A stretch of DNA of 64,000 bases from Oscillospiraceae bacterium (GCA_031282735.1 JAITDE010000018.1:30057-94056); one strand, 5' to 3'; positions 35,967 through 46,233 are shown, counted from the stretch's first letter. The notes: generated by a model not told the origin, from the sequence alone. Numbers and translations are program-made.

Positions 35967-37898
35967 AAAGAATTCATCCAGATCGTTTTTGAGCCTGTGC
36001 GCGATCGTCGCCTGCATAATCGCCGGATTCATAGGATCGCTCACGGCATCTTTTTGCATCAGAGCAATTGACTGCGCTTGCACACTGCTGCGCAGACCAT
36101 AGAGCATCAGCGATAAGCGGGTGGGATCCAAGTTTTTGGCACCATTTGGGGCGATCGGTATGTTCAGCATCGTTCGCGCAAGCGCGATATCTTCGGCATC
36201 AACCAAGCCGTTCGGCGAACAATCGCCGAAGATGATCACTGTATAAGAAGCGACCGAGTTGCCGTTTTGGGTGAGTGTAATCACGTCGCCTGTGGCGATA
36301 TAATCATGCGTGCCCGTGGTTGTCAACGCGCCTTTGGCATCTGCAATCGCCAAATAATTGGCCAGACTGAAGCGGTCAACTTTGTTTTCTTCTGTCAATT
36401 GCTGAAACGGTATGCGTTCGAGCAAACCATAAATCAGACGGCGGTCGTCGTCCACGACCGTACCCGCATGGATGGATTCGAGTGTGGGAATGACGCGCGG
36501 CGAGGGTATCTGTTTTGTGTTGGCAAGGTAGGCAGTCACGCCGAGTTCATCCGCACCATCCACAACGATCCATTCCCAAATGGGTGTCAAGCGGTCAAAG
36601 CCCGCAAAATTCTCCCAATCCGACAACTGATCATCCCGCAAAACGATGGCAGCCCTTGTGCTACTGCCATAGGCGGAATCCGCCGTCCCTTGAAGCATAT
36701 AGCAGTTCACGGAATAATCCGCACCCGCAGTCGCCGCATAGACATAACCAATCAGTGCGCCGACGTTGTTTGCGGCATTTTCACTGTTGGAATCAATCGC
36801 GCCTGTCGCGTAGCAGTTGTAGGGCGCGGCATCGTGCGCGTAGCCGATCAACCCGCCCGCCGCCGCCTGACGCGATGAAGCGCCGTTGCTGTTTGCGGTT
36901 ACCGTGCCGAAGTTGACCGCGTTTTCAAGCGGAGTGGAAACGAAACGTCCGCCAATCCCGCCAACATAGGCGTTGTGGCTTGCGCTTTCGCCTGCGATTT
37001 GTCCAAAATTGGCGCATCGTTCAATCAAAGTGACGCTCGAAACATCGCCTACAATGCCGCCCGCCAAACATTGCATACTGCCGCTGGCGGCCAAAACGTT
37101 GCCGCGGTTGACGCAGTTGGAAAGCAACACGCCATAGGACGGCGCGGCGACCTCCGCATAGCCCGCGATCCCTCCCGCGTATGTGCGGTATGTTCCGCTT
37201 GCGCTGACGGCGGCATCGTTGCGCACGTTGCAAATATCCGCTTGCGTGACGCCGCCCAAGTTGAATCCTGTCACGCCGCCGGCGTAGAGCGTTACGGATT
37301 GCAGGGTGTCGATTGAATCAAGCGTCAAATCGCCTTGCAGGTAGCAGTCTTCAATCAACCCCGCGTTCATGCCCGCAATGAGTCCCGCATAAACCGTCGT
37401 CGCGCCAATTGTTTGCGCGCTTTCGATGTGCACTCGAACGCTGCAATTTTCGAGCCAAAGACCTGTGATTTCGCCTTGATTTTTGGCGAAGATACCATAG
37501 GACGCAACCGCGCCCGTGCCTAGCGAAACGGTTTGGTTGACCGCAAGTCCACTGATTTTGAATCCGTTGCCGTTCAATGTGCCTGTGAACGGGTTTTCGG
37601 CGCTACCGATCGGCGTGAGAACGCCGCCGCTCCAAACGATGTTTTTCATTAAAATATAAGTGCCGTTGAGGTTGTGCGCAATGGCGCGGAAGTCGTTCGC
37701 TGTGCGGATTTCGATGGGTTCGGTTTCCTGCGGTGCAACGGTTTGCGCGGTGACCGCCGTTTGAATCAACTGCGAATAATCCACCAATCCTTGCGCAACG
37801 GACGCGGCAGGCGGCAAATCCGCCGTTTGATCCGCCGTGCTGTTCGGCAAAAACCAGAACAACAGCGACACAAAAAAGCTGATGAACGATTGAAACAT
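35958..37898 (-). CDS. Secreted GLUG-motif repeat protein with C-terminal dockerin/EF-hand-like loop
   Basis: Signal-like N-terminus. Many GG(I/L)xG repeats (AGGIAGY, AGGIVGD, VGGIGGR, AGGLIGY). C-terminal GDCSPNGLVDAEDIALARTML. ATG 37898 lies behind GGGGG. Confidence 0.7.
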   Translation of the reverse strand: MFQSFISFFVSLLFWFLPNSTADQTADLPPAASVAQGLVDYSQLIQTAVTAQTVAPQETEPIEIRTANDFRAIAHNLNGTYILMKNIVWSGGVLTPIGSAENPFTGTLNGNGFKISGLAVNQTVSLGTGAVASYGIFAKNQGEITGLWLENCSVRVHIESAQTIGATTVYAGLIAGMNAGLIEDCYLQGDLTLDSIDTLQSVTLYAGGVTGFNLGGVTQADICNVRNDAAVSASGTYRTYAGGIAGYAEVAAPSYGVLLSNCVNRGNVLAASGSMQCLAGGIVGDVSSVTLIERCANFGQIAGESASHNAYVGGIGGRFVSTPLENAVNFGTVTANSNGASSRQAAAGGLIGYAHDAAPYNCYATGAIDSNSENAANNVGALIGYVYAATAGADYSVNCYMLQGTADSAYGSSTRAAIVLRDDQLSDWENFAGFDRLTPIWEWIVVDGADELGVTAYLANTKQIPSPRVIPTLESIHAGTVVDDDRRLIYGLLERIPFQQLTEENKVDRFSLANYLAIADAKGALTTTGTHDYIATGDVITLTQNGNSVASYTVIIFGDCSPNGLVDAEDIALARTMLNIPIAPNGAKNLDPTRLSLMLYGLRSSVQAQSIALMQKDAVSDPMNPAIMQATIAHRLKNDLDEFFLS

Positions 37899-38037
37899 AC
37901 AAATCCCCCTATTCCACACCTACTATAGCACATGAGGAAACGAAACGCAAGAGGAAGAAATGCGTTTGGGCGCTAAAAATAAAAATTTCCCTTTTATTGC
38001 GTTGTTGTGTTCATGAAAAAAGAGAACCGTAGTTGTA

Positions 38038-39534
38038 TCAAACAGGCAGCAGCACCGCAAACTCGGTGTATGTTTCGCCGTCGCTGTCCGCTTTGATTTG
38101 CCCGCCGTGCATTTCCACAATCGTTTTTGTCAAATATAGACCCAATCCCGCGCCTTTGACATCGTAGCTCCGCGATCGATCCGTTTTGTAAAACCGCTCA
38201 AAAATCCGCGCGATTTCCTCCGACGAAATACCAACGCCGGTGTTGCGCAATCCAAAGCAAAAAATCCGCTCTGTCTTGTCGTCTTTTTGGGAAGCGTGCA
38301 ACTGCACATAAAATTCCATCCGTTCGCCGGGCGGTGTGAATTTGACGGCGTTGTCAATCAAATTATAAAACACTTGCGTGAGCATGTCTTTGTCGCCCCT
38401 GATTTTCATGGGTTCCAGTTCTTCCAATCCAACCAAAAGGATATTTTTCCGCGCAATGAGCTGCTCAAACGAAAGAATGGTGTGGAAAAGCAACTCACTC
38501 ACGTCGAATTGCACGGGATTCAGCTGGAGTTCGCCCGCTTCGATTTTGGACATATTGAGCATCCCCGTCACCAAACGCGAAAGACGTTTGACCTCCTCCG
38601 AGACAACCCCGAGGTAGTGCGCGTGTTTTTCGTGCGGAATCGTGCCGTCCAGCATGCCGTCGATGAACCCGCCGATGGTGGTCATGGGGGTTTTCAGTTC
38701 ATGCGACACATTCGCCACAAAATTGCGGCGCGAAGCTTCCAGCGTCGCTAAGCTCACCGCCATGGCGTTGAATTCATCCGCTAACGCGCCTAATTCGTCT
38801 TCGTCCTTTGTCTTCACGCGGAAACTGAAATCGCCTTTCGCGTAGTGCTTGGTCGCGCGCAGCATCTCGCGCACGGGGCACACCAAACGGAATGAAATAT
38901 AATACACCACAACGAACGAAAAGGCAAAACACAAAATGCTCGAAAGGAAAAACAGCCGCATGATACTGCCCAAATAGGTGAAAAGACCCTCGTTCACAGG
39001 TTGCACGGCGACCACAAAACCCGCCGCCTTGCCATTCAAAAAATAAGGATTGGTGGCGACCAGCATTTGCTCCTCGAATGCGCCGTCCAACGTGCTGTTG
39101 ACCGTGTAAGGTCCCGCAAGAGCGCGGGCGATGACTTTTTCGGACAGCGTGAGCGTCGCGTGTTTGACGCAATGCACGGGCGCCGGCAAAAAGGTGGTGG
39201 GAACTTCATCACGGCACGCGACGACGCGCCCTTGCGCGTTGCACACAAAAAAATCCGCGTCAACCGCATCCGATGTCGTCTGCAAAAGCGATCGCAACAC
39301 CTGTTGATTCGCCGTGGGGGAACTGTCAGCATCCGGCTGATAAATCAGTTCCGCCAAATTGGTGGCGCGTTTGGTGTTTTCGGCGAGCAGTGTCAGTTTA
39401 TCACGCGTCCAATAGCGCAATGAGAACGCCAAAAATGCCGAGCCCAAAAAAAGAAAACTCGACAGCAACATTGCCATGAACGCCAAAAAATATTTGCGAA
39501 AAAGGCGCGATCCTCTGCGTTTGAGTTGCATCAT
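38038..39534 (-). CDS. Sensor histidine kinase (2 TM, HAMP, HisKA, HATPase_c)
   Basis: H-box VSHELKTPMT, N-box NLIDNAVKFT, G-boxes GVGIS and GAGLGLYL. Confidence 0.92.
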   Translation of the reverse strand: MMQLKRRGSRLFRKYFLAFMAMLLSSFLFLGSAFLAFSLRYWTRDKLTLLAENTKRATNLAELIYQPDADSSPTANQQVLRSLLQTTSDAVDADFFVCNAQGRVVACRDEVPTTFLPAPVHCVKHATLTLSEKVIARALAGPYTVNSTLDGAFEEQMLVATNPYFLNGKAAGFVVAVQPVNEGLFTYLGSIMRLFFLSSILCFAFSFVVVYYISFRLVCPVREMLRATKHYAKGDFSFRVKTKDEDELGALADEFNAMAVSLATLEASRRNFVANVSHELKTPMTTIGGFIDGMLDGTIPHEKHAHYLGVVSEEVKRLSRLVTGMLNMSKIEAGELQLNPVQFDVSELLFHTILSFEQLIARKNILLVGLEELEPMKIRGDKDMLTQVFYNLIDNAVKFTPPGERMEFYVQLHASQKDDKTERIFCFGLRNTGVGISSEEIARIFERFYKTDRSRSYDVKGAGLGLYLTKTIVEMHGGQIKADSDGETYTEFAVLLPV

Positions 39535-39672
39535 CCAATCTCACCTCTTATAGCATCATAGCATAAAACACGTATTTCGTCAAGTAAATTTCTTGAATAG
39601 CCTATTCAAAAAAAGATTTATGCGCATACCCGCAAAAATCCTTCCCATACTACAACCATGGGAGGGATTTGG

Positions 39673-40500
39673 ATGGTTCACACCGACGCTATCACAATCA
39701 ATGACGCAAAAGCCGCAAAATTGCGCGCAAAAAAAGTGTTGCAAGGGCATTGGGGCGCGGCATGCGGCATTTTATTCGCGGGATTGGTTACCGCCATCGG
39801 CGCGGGGTTGTTGCCATTGCTCACAGATCTGGCGGTGCGGCAAACGGCGTTGATATTCCCCGACACGGGCGACCCCATTGCCGCAATCAGCAAGGAATGG
39901 ATGCGAACCGTTCTGAGCGCGGTCGCCGTGCTTTTCGCCTGCCTAATTTGCGCACCGTTGCGCATGGGGCGTGAGGCATGGTACTTTGGCGGCGCGGACG
40001 GCAAAAAACGCACGTCTATGCGGGTATTGTTTTGGTTGATACCGCGTAACGCACTCAAAGCGACGCGATTTCTTTTCGCAGTCGGTATTCGCAAATTCTT
40101 GTGGGCGGTTCTTTATCTGTTGCCCGGCACTTTTTTGCTGATTGGAACAATCACGCAATCGCAAAGTGCCGCCTTGGACGCGGCGCTTTTCTTTGCCGCG
40201 ATTGGTTGCGGCGCGGTTCTTTTGGCGGTAGGGTTTGGCTTCTATCTTGCAACGGTGCAGCGTTACGCGCTGGTTCCGGCGATTCTCGCAAAACAGCCCG
40301 CCGCAAAATGCAAAAACGCACTGCGGCTCAGCGCGGCGCGTATGGAGGGCAATTGCGCAAAGATGTTACGTTTCCGCGCGGGATTCATTCCATGGTTTTT
40401 GCTGTGCTTCTTTGTTGTTCCCGCGGGTTATGTGCTGCCATACTACACCCAAAGCTGCGCTTGCAGGCACAAAAATTTGTTGCTGGACATTCGTGTGTAA
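39673..40500 (+). CDS. DUF975-like integral membrane protein
   Basis: N-terminal AKLRAKKVLQGHWGAACGILFAGLV and a multi-TM profile. ATG 39673 lies behind GGGAGGG. Confidence 0.7.
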   Translation: MVHTDAITINDAKAAKLRAKKVLQGHWGAACGILFAGLVTAIGAGLLPLLTDLAVRQTALIFPDTGDPIAAISKEWMRTVLSAVAVLFACLICAPLRMGREAWYFGGADGKKRTSMRVLFWLIPRNALKATRFLFAVGIRKFLWAVLYLLPGTFLLIGTITQSQSAALDAALFFAAIGCGAVLLAVGFGFYLATVQRYALVPAILAKQPAAKCKNALRLSAARMEGNCAKMLRFRAGFIPWFLLCFFVVPAGYVLPYYTQSCACRHKNLLLDIRV

Positions 40501-40512
40501 CACAAAAAAACG

Positions 40513-40552
40513 CAGGAACACGGCATTTCATGTTCCTGTGTTTTATTTTTTT
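40513..40552 (+). terminator. Intrinsic terminator (bidirectional) between DUF975 and YbjN-like genes
   Basis: CAGGAACA-N10-TGTTCCTG followed by TGTTTTATTTTTTT, with an A-run on the other side. Confidence 0.7.
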
Positions 40553-40555
40553 AAA

Positions 40556-41035
40556 TCAGTCTTCAATCTTCGCGATTTCCTGCGCGGGATCAGCATCCGT
40601 GAAGATCACCGACAGCAAACCATTTCCATAGCGATTGAGCATGAGATAGGGGATATCCACAACGCGTTCCACAACGTCGAGGTCGGGAATCGACGATCCG
40701 CAAAAATGCGAACTCTTGTAGCGCACCTCGCCGTCTCGGTAATCAAGCTCAAAGTTGCCAAAGCGCAAATTATAATTGGCACGGGTGATGAACTCATTCA
40801 CTCTACCGATTGCGGCACGGTCTTTGTGGTCGCAGTTGATTGGGCAAATGGCATATGTGCAAATATGTTCGTCGCCAACCAAAATCAAGACGCGGCAGGT
40901 CTTCATTTTATTGCTGAGCGACATACCGAACTTGAAGGTCCCATCCTCATCGTTGAACTCAAATTTCCAGTTTTGACTGCGCAAATAGGCATTAACCTGT
41001 CTTGCCAACTGCACATTATATTCATCGACAGCCAT
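40556..41035 (-). CDS. YbjN-domain protein
   Basis: RANYNLRFGNFELDYRDGEVRYK is a typical YbjN-family block. ATG 41035 lies behind AAGGGA. Confidence 0.7.
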   Translation of the reverse strand: MAVDEYNVQLARQVNAYLRSQNWKFEFNDEDGTFKFGMSLSNKMKTCRVLILVGDEHICTYAICPINCDHKDRAAIGRVNEFITRANYNLRFGNFELDYRDGEVRYKSSHFCGSSIPDLDVVERVVDIPYLMLNRYGNGLLSVIFTDADPAQEIAKIED

Positions 41036-41162
41036 TGTATCATCCCTTTTACTGCAAATACTTACATGCGTATTATACTGCAATCGAACGGGCGTGTCAA
41101 GCAAAAATTACAAATCAAAAAACAAAGGTACGCATTATGTGATGTTTTCCCGTATCGCACAA

Positions 41163-42392
41163 TTATTTCTTCTTTGAATATTTAAACTTGTATACCAAAC
41201 GCATAATCGTTGCGTCGATCGTGCCGATTGATTTGACTTTGGCGAACAAATCCGCCGAAAGCGACGTTGCGCAGTTTTTCTCCACAACGGTTTCCACGGC
41301 GCGGGCCTCGTCAAGGCTCGAACCAACGCATAACGCGCCGTTGTCTTCGAGCATCACGGCACTGCGCCCTTTCAATTGCTTGACGACATATTTTGCGCTT
41401 TCAAGCCGATTGTTGGGATTAAAGCGGGCAAAACGAAGGTTGATACCCGCAATTTGGGCAAAATCGTCCAGATACGGCAGGAGTTTTTTTGCGCCGCCGG
41501 CAGATGCACGGACGATATCGGACTGTTGGCTATGTACAATCGCGTTGACACTGTTGTCTTTTTTGTAGATCGCGCGATGGATCTCCAACGTGTCGGGCTC
41601 ATCAAAATCACCATTGAGAATTTGCCCTGTGGGCAGTGAAACATCCAAAAGCGCACCGCCATGGGGTTCGCGTTCCATGCAGAACGCGTCGCCGCTCCGA
41701 AAACTCGTGAACGACTGCACTTGCGGCGCTTCAACGCGCGGATGTTCCGTTTGGCGTTTTGCGGCAATCACAGCGTGGATGCCGTTGATGGTTTCCATGA
41801 ATTCGCCCGTGGCGGAAAGCAGTTTGCGCGTGAGGAAATTGGAGCAAACGTGTTCCAGCGCGTCGGCGACTTTGAATGCGTCCTCCGCGCTCGCGCCCAC
41901 GCAAAGCGCGCCATGGTGCGCCATCAGGATAGCGTTCGAGCCGGGATTGTTTTTGAGTGCCGCGACCACGCCGCCGCGCAGTTTTTTTGTGCCGGGAAGT
42001 CCGTAAGTTGCAAGGGGGATTTTCTCCCCGATCACATCGGTATACCAACCGGCGACTTCGTCGATTTCGGTTTGCATCACGCTGATGATTGACGCGTTGT
42101 GCTGGTGGGTGTGTATTACAAAATTGACATTGCCGCGCAACGCGTAAGCCTGTGCGTGAATGCCTTTTTCGCTGGATGGCTTGACATCGCCGTCGTAACT
42201 CAAATCGGCAATGTTGACCAAAACGATCTCGTCGGGGGTGAGGTTTTCATACGCGCGCCCTGAGGGCGTAATCACAAATTGCGTTTCGTTCACGCGGCAA
42301 CTGACGTTGCCCCACGTGCGGGCAATCAAGCCTGTTTCGAGCAACCGTTTCCCTGCGGCAATCACCGCAAGCTTGGCTTCCTGCAGTTCCAT
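41163..42392 (-). CDS. Tandem class II aldolase/adducin-domain protein
   Basis: The N-domain carries a metal triad region (VIHTHQHNA). The second domain is homologous but degenerate (IVHSQQSD). 409 aa. Confidence 0.8.
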   Translation of the reverse strand: MELQEAKLAVIAAGKRLLETGLIARTWGNVSCRVNETQFVITPSGRAYENLTPDEIVLVNIADLSYDGDVKPSSEKGIHAQAYALRGNVNFVIHTHQHNASIISVMQTEIDEVAGWYTDVIGEKIPLATYGLPGTKKLRGGVVAALKNNPGSNAILMAHHGALCVGASAEDAFKVADALEHVCSNFLTRKLLSATGEFMETINGIHAVIAAKRQTEHPRVEAPQVQSFTSFRSGDAFCMEREPHGGALLDVSLPTGQILNGDFDEPDTLEIHRAIYKKDNSVNAIVHSQQSDIVRASAGGAKKLLPYLDDFAQIAGINLRFARFNPNNRLESAKYVVKQLKGRSAVMLEDNGALCVGSSLDEARAVETVVEKNCATSLSADLFAKVKSIGTIDATIMRLVYKFKYSKKK

Positions 42393-42417
42393 CTAACTAG
42401 AGTCCTCCTTCAGATTT

Positions 42418-43908
42418 TTATGCCCCTGTTTCAATGCGCACACAGTTGGCGAAAACGCGCTCAAAACGGTTGAGTGCTTCTTGAATCAGTTCAGGCGTGT
42501 AGGATGCCGAGGTGTAAAGACGGCTGCCCGCAAGGGTGACAATGCCCTCCGCCATGTATGCCGCGCCGATGTGTTCCATCTCTTTTTTGCGCACGTCGGT
42601 GGCTTTGAGCACGCTTGGGATCGTCCATGGTTTTGTCCAGTCGATCGAAAAGTGCATCGTGCCGGCGTTGTCCAAATGGCAGATTGAGCCTTGGTTAAAC
42701 ACGACAAACGGCAAGTTGTATTTTGCGATAAGCACTCTTAGCCCCGCGCAGAGGAGATCGCCCATTTTTCCCGCTTTTTGGCAGGCGTTGGTGCGTTCAA
42801 TTTCTTCCAGCGTGTAATAACCCGCAACACAGCTGATCGGCGTCGCCGCCATTGTGCCGCCGATGAGCGCCTTTTTGACTTTCGTCGAACCGTCCAGACC
42901 CGCGCCAAGGTATTTCATGTATTCTTTTTTGCCGCCGATACCGCCCGCACCCGGGTATCCTCCCGCAATCACCTTGCCGAAAATCGTGAGATCCGGCGAG
43001 ACGCCGAAGAAGCCCTGCGCACCCGCCATGCCAATGCGGAATCCCGTGACGACTTCGTCGAAAATCATCAGCGCACCGTATTTGCGGCAAAGACGCTCCA
43101 CGCCTTTGTTGAAGTCAAAATCCAGCGGGCGCGTGCCGCTCTCCGGTCCGACCGGCTCGATGAACACAGCCGCCGTGCCGCCGCGGAACCGATTGGCGAA
43201 AAGAACGCGCTCCAGTGAATCCAAATCGTTTGGGAAAAACTCCTGCGTGTGTTTGAACAGATAGAGCGGTACGCCGTTCGCTTGTGTGAATTTTGATCCC
43301 GGCACACGGATGCCGTATGCCAACTGATCGGACCAGCCGTGATACGCGCCGCCCATTTTAACGATATTCTTCTTTTTCGTCGCCAGACGCGCCACGCGCA
43401 CCGCCGCCATGCAAGCTTCTGAACCCGAACCCAACATGCGGAACATGTCGACCGTTTCGATGCTGTCGGCGACCTTTTTTGCCAATTTGTATTCAAATTC
43501 ATGGAACAATCCCGTGGATGGTCCGCAGGTGTCGAGCAATTCTTTCACCTGCGCGCGCACGGCGGGAGGATTTGAACCCAACACAGTCGGTCCGCCCGCC
43601 TGCAAAAAGTCGAAATATTCGTTGCCGTCGGCATCAACGAGCAAATGCTCCTGTGCGCGGGTGAACACCAGCGGAAAAGGGTAGTTGAACGCAAGATTAT
43701 GCTGGACGCCTCCTGGGATAATTCCGCGTGCTTCGTCGATGATCTTTTTGGATTTTTTGCATTTTTCGCCGTAATATTCCGCTTTATAGCGCTCCAAAAC
43801 AGCGGGGCGCACAGAATAAATGGGTTTTTTTATGAGCTCGTCAAGCTCTTTGGTAACCGCTTGGGCGTCGAGGTATTCCGTAATGGCAAAACGCGTGTCC
43901 ATTGGCAA
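42418..43908 (-). CDS. Class III aminotransferase, glutamate-1-semialdehyde-aminomutase-like
   Basis: GSGSEACMAA, FDEVVTGFR and the PLP-Lys motif IFGKVIAGGYP. Confidence 0.85.
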   Translation of the reverse strand: MPMDTRFAITEYLDAQAVTKELDELIKKPIYSVRPAVLERYKAEYYGEKCKKSKKIIDEARGIIPGGVQHNLAFNYPFPLVFTRAQEHLLVDADGNEYFDFLQAGGPTVLGSNPPAVRAQVKELLDTCGPSTGLFHEFEYKLAKKVADSIETVDMFRMLGSGSEACMAAVRVARLATKKKNIVKMGGAYHGWSDQLAYGIRVPGSKFTQANGVPLYLFKHTQEFFPNDLDSLERVLFANRFRGGTAAVFIEPVGPESGTRPLDFDFNKGVERLCRKYGALMIFDEVVTGFRIGMAGAQGFFGVSPDLTIFGKVIAGGYPGAGGIGGKKEYMKYLGAGLDGSTKVKKALIGGTMAATPISCVAGYYTLEEIERTNACQKAGKMGDLLCAGLRVLIAKYNLPFVVFNQGSICHLDNAGTMHFSIDWTKPWTIPSVLKATDVRKKEMEHIGAAYMAEGIVTLAGSRLYTSASYTPELIQEALNRFERVFANCVRIETGA

Positions 43909-43927
43909 ATCTCCTTTAATCTTAGTG

Positions 43928-43943
43928 GTGAATTAAAATTCAC
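43928..43943. promoter_or_regulatory. 16-bp palindrome GTGAATTAAAATTCAC in the leader of the aminotransferase-aldolase unit
   Basis: Inverted hexamers GTGAAT/ATTCAC between the -10 box and the RBS. Confidence 0.4.
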
Positions 43944-43951
43944 TTTTCTCT

Positions 43952-43980
43952 ATTGTAAACGTTTGCGGGGCAAAAGTCAA
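43952..43980 (-). promoter_or_regulatory. Promoter of aminotransferase-aldolase unit
   Basis: Minus strand has TTGACT, a 17-nt spacer and TACAAT. Confidence 0.55.
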
Positions 43981-44030
43981 GAGAGCGCGTTTGAATGTTA
44001 CAGGTTGTTCACAAATAAATCACCCCGCAG

Positions 44031-44054
44031 GGATCATCCTGCGGGGAGACGCAT
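44031..44054 (-). terminator. Intrinsic terminator after the oxidoreductase/isomerase genes
   Basis: CCCCGCAGG-N6-CCTGCGGGG, followed on the minus strand by TGATTTATTTGTG. Confidence 0.6.
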
Positions 44055-44128
44055 TTTGCTGTTGATGACATAACGATCTTGGACATTTGATCAAATTGAG
44101 ATTTTGTTTTTGCGTGTTTTTGAAAAAA

Positions 44129-45208
44129 TCAGATCAAATCCTCAAACGCCACAACGCGGTTGGTTTCGCCTGATTCAAAAATTGCCTCAATCAAACGGAT
44201 GAGCCTGCGCTGTTGGTTGTAGGTGATCAATTGCTTTTCTTCGCCGCGCAGAACGGCGACGATGTTGTGATAGTATTGAATCCAGTTTTTCGTGCCGTCG
44301 CTGTCGTAGTCGGGCAGCGGGAAGCGCTCAATTGTTTCGTCGGTGCGCGGCGCCATGGTTTTGGTGATGCCGACGCCGGCTTGAATGGGTACACTGTCGC
44401 GGTTTTCCCAATCCGAAACCATCACAATCTCGCCGTCCAAATTCCAATCGCGCACAATCGCCGTGCCGTTTTCGCCGCAGACATACCAGCGCGGCAATTC
44501 GATGAAGTTGTTCGTGAGCACCTCAACCAAAAAAGAATAACCGCCCTCAAACAACACAATCACACGGAAGCCGTCGTCGCACTCTTCGTTTGTGACATTG
44601 GTCAACTGCGCATAAACCGTCAACAAGCGGTTATGTTCCATGAGCATGAGCATTTGATCGAGCAGATGGATGCCCCAATCCAGCAACATGCCGCCGCCCT
44701 GCGCCTTGCGGTTGCGCCAATCGCCCGGAATGCCGCGCGAACCATGCACGCGCGATTCAATTTGAAACACCCGACCCAGCGTATTGTTATCGAAAATATG
44801 CTTGACGGTCAAATAGTCGGGATCCCAGCGGCGGTTTTGGTGGACCGTGAAGAGCTTGCCTGTCTCTTCCGCAACGGCGATCATGTCTTCCAAATCCGCG
44901 CTTGTCATGGTAACGGGTTTTTCGCTAATGACATTTTTGCCGTGGCGCAAGACATCAATAACGATTTCCTTATGCAAATCATTGGGTGTGGCAACCACGA
45001 CGAGATCAATTTCGGGTGCGTTGAGCAAATCCTCGCGGGACGCAAAGGAAAACCAATCGTTTTTGCGCGCGTATTCCTGCCGTTCCTCTTTGATATCGAA
45101 AACGCCAACCACGATTACGTCGTCTGGCATTAAAGCCCGCAACTGACGCGCGTGGAAGCTGCCCATGCCGCCGAATCCAATAATGCCCACACCAATTTTT
45201 CGTTCCAT
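44129..45208 (-). CDS. Gfo/Idh/MocA-family NAD(P)-dependent oxidoreductase
   Basis: IGVGIIGFGGMGSFHA Rossmann N-terminus, 359 aa. Confidence 0.88.
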   Translation of the reverse strand: MERKIGVGIIGFGGMGSFHARQLRALMPDDVIVVGVFDIKEERQEYARKNDWFSFASREDLLNAPEIDLVVVATPNDLHKEIVIDVLRHGKNVISEKPVTMTSADLEDMIAVAEETGKLFTVHQNRRWDPDYLTVKHIFDNNTLGRVFQIESRVHGSRGIPGDWRNRKAQGGGMLLDWGIHLLDQMLMLMEHNRLLTVYAQLTNVTNEECDDGFRVIVLFEGGYSFLVEVLTNNFIELPRWYVCGENGTAIVRDWNLDGEIVMVSDWENRDSVPIQAGVGITKTMAPRTDETIERFPLPDYDSDGTKNWIQYYHNIVAVLRGEEKQLITYNQQRRLIRLIEAIFESGETNRVVAFEDLI

Positions 45209-45267
45209 ACTTCCTCCTGAAAATTAAAATCGAATATGCTGATAATTGATCATGATCATTGCCTCAT

Positions 45268-46233
45268 TCAAACCCACCACATCGCGCCTGTTTCTTCCGT
45301 GATCAGCACGTCTTGGAGCATGGCGACGGCTTTGCGCAAGCCTTCGTTCTGGCTCATGAGGCTGTCTTCGTGCTCAATACTCACCGCATAATCGTAGCCG
45401 ACCATGCGCAGGTTAGAGATAATATCTTTCCAATATTGCGCGTCGCGCCCGTAACCGACCGATCTGAAAATCCACGAGCGGTGGATTTCGTCGCCGTAAG
45501 GTTTGACATCAAGCACGCCGTTCAGCGCCGTGTTGGCGGGATCAAGCTTGGTATCTTTGGCATGGAAGTGGAAAATGGCGTCGCCCAGTGCGCGGATGCA
45601 TGTGACGGGATCCATACCCTGCCAAACCAGATGGCTCGGGTCGAAGTTCGCGCCGATTTCCTCGCCGACAGCCTCGCGCAAACGCAGGAGACTTTCGGTG
45701 TTGTAAACGCAAAATCCGGGATGCAGCTCAAGCCCGATTTTGTTCACGCCGTGCAATTTGGCAAACGCGACGAAGTCTTTCCAATAGGGAATCAACCGTT
45801 CGTTCCATTGCCAATCCAGAATTGCGCCGAAGTCGTTCGGCCAAGGGCAAGTGACCCAGTTGGGATATTTTGCGCCCTCCCAGTCGCCGGGACAACCCGA
45901 AAATGTGTTGATTTGATGCAAGCCGATGGCTTCCGCCAAAAGCACGGCATCGCGCATGGTGTCGTCGAACTCTTTGGCGATTGCCTGATTGGGATGCAAA
46001 GGGTTGCCGTGGCAGCTCAGGGCGCTCACCTGCATGCCGCTGTCGGCGATGGTCTTTTGGAATGCCGTCAGTTTCGTTTGATCGGCAAGCAATTCCCGCG
46101 GGTTTGCGTGGGCGTTGCCGGGGTAGCCGCCGGCCCCCAATTCAATCATTTCGATGCCGAGGCTTTTGAAGTAAGCAAGTGAATCCTGCAAACTCAAGTT
46201 GCTCAGCAGGGTTGTAAAAACGCCAAGTTTCAT
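45268..46233 (-). CDS. Sugar phosphate isomerase/epimerase (xylose-isomerase-like TIM barrel)
   Basis: MKLGVFTTLL... and family-typical length and pattern. ATG 46233 lies behind GGAG. Confidence 0.8.
   Translation of the reverse strand: MKLGVFTTLLSNLSLQDSLAYFKSLGIEMIELGAGGYPGNAHANPRELLADQTKLTAFQKTIADSGMQVSALSCHGNPLHPNQAIAKEFDDTMRDAVLLAEAIGLHQINTFSGCPGDWEGAKYPNWVTCPWPNDFGAILDWQWNERLIPYWKDFVAFAKLHGVNKIGLELHPGFCVYNTESLLRLREAVGEEIGANFDPSHLVWQGMDPVTCIRALGDAIFHFHAKDTKLDPANTALNGVLDVKPYGDEIHRSWIFRSVGYGRDAQYWKDIISNLRMVGYDYAVSIEHEDSLMSQNEGLRKAVAMLQDVLITEETGAMWWV

Noticed and set aside
44213-45133. 306-aa plus-strand ORF opposite the Gfo/Idh/MocA gene, and the similar 307-aa ORF at 45259..46182
   Set aside because: These are antisense shadows of well-supported genes, with no RBS and no recognisable domains.
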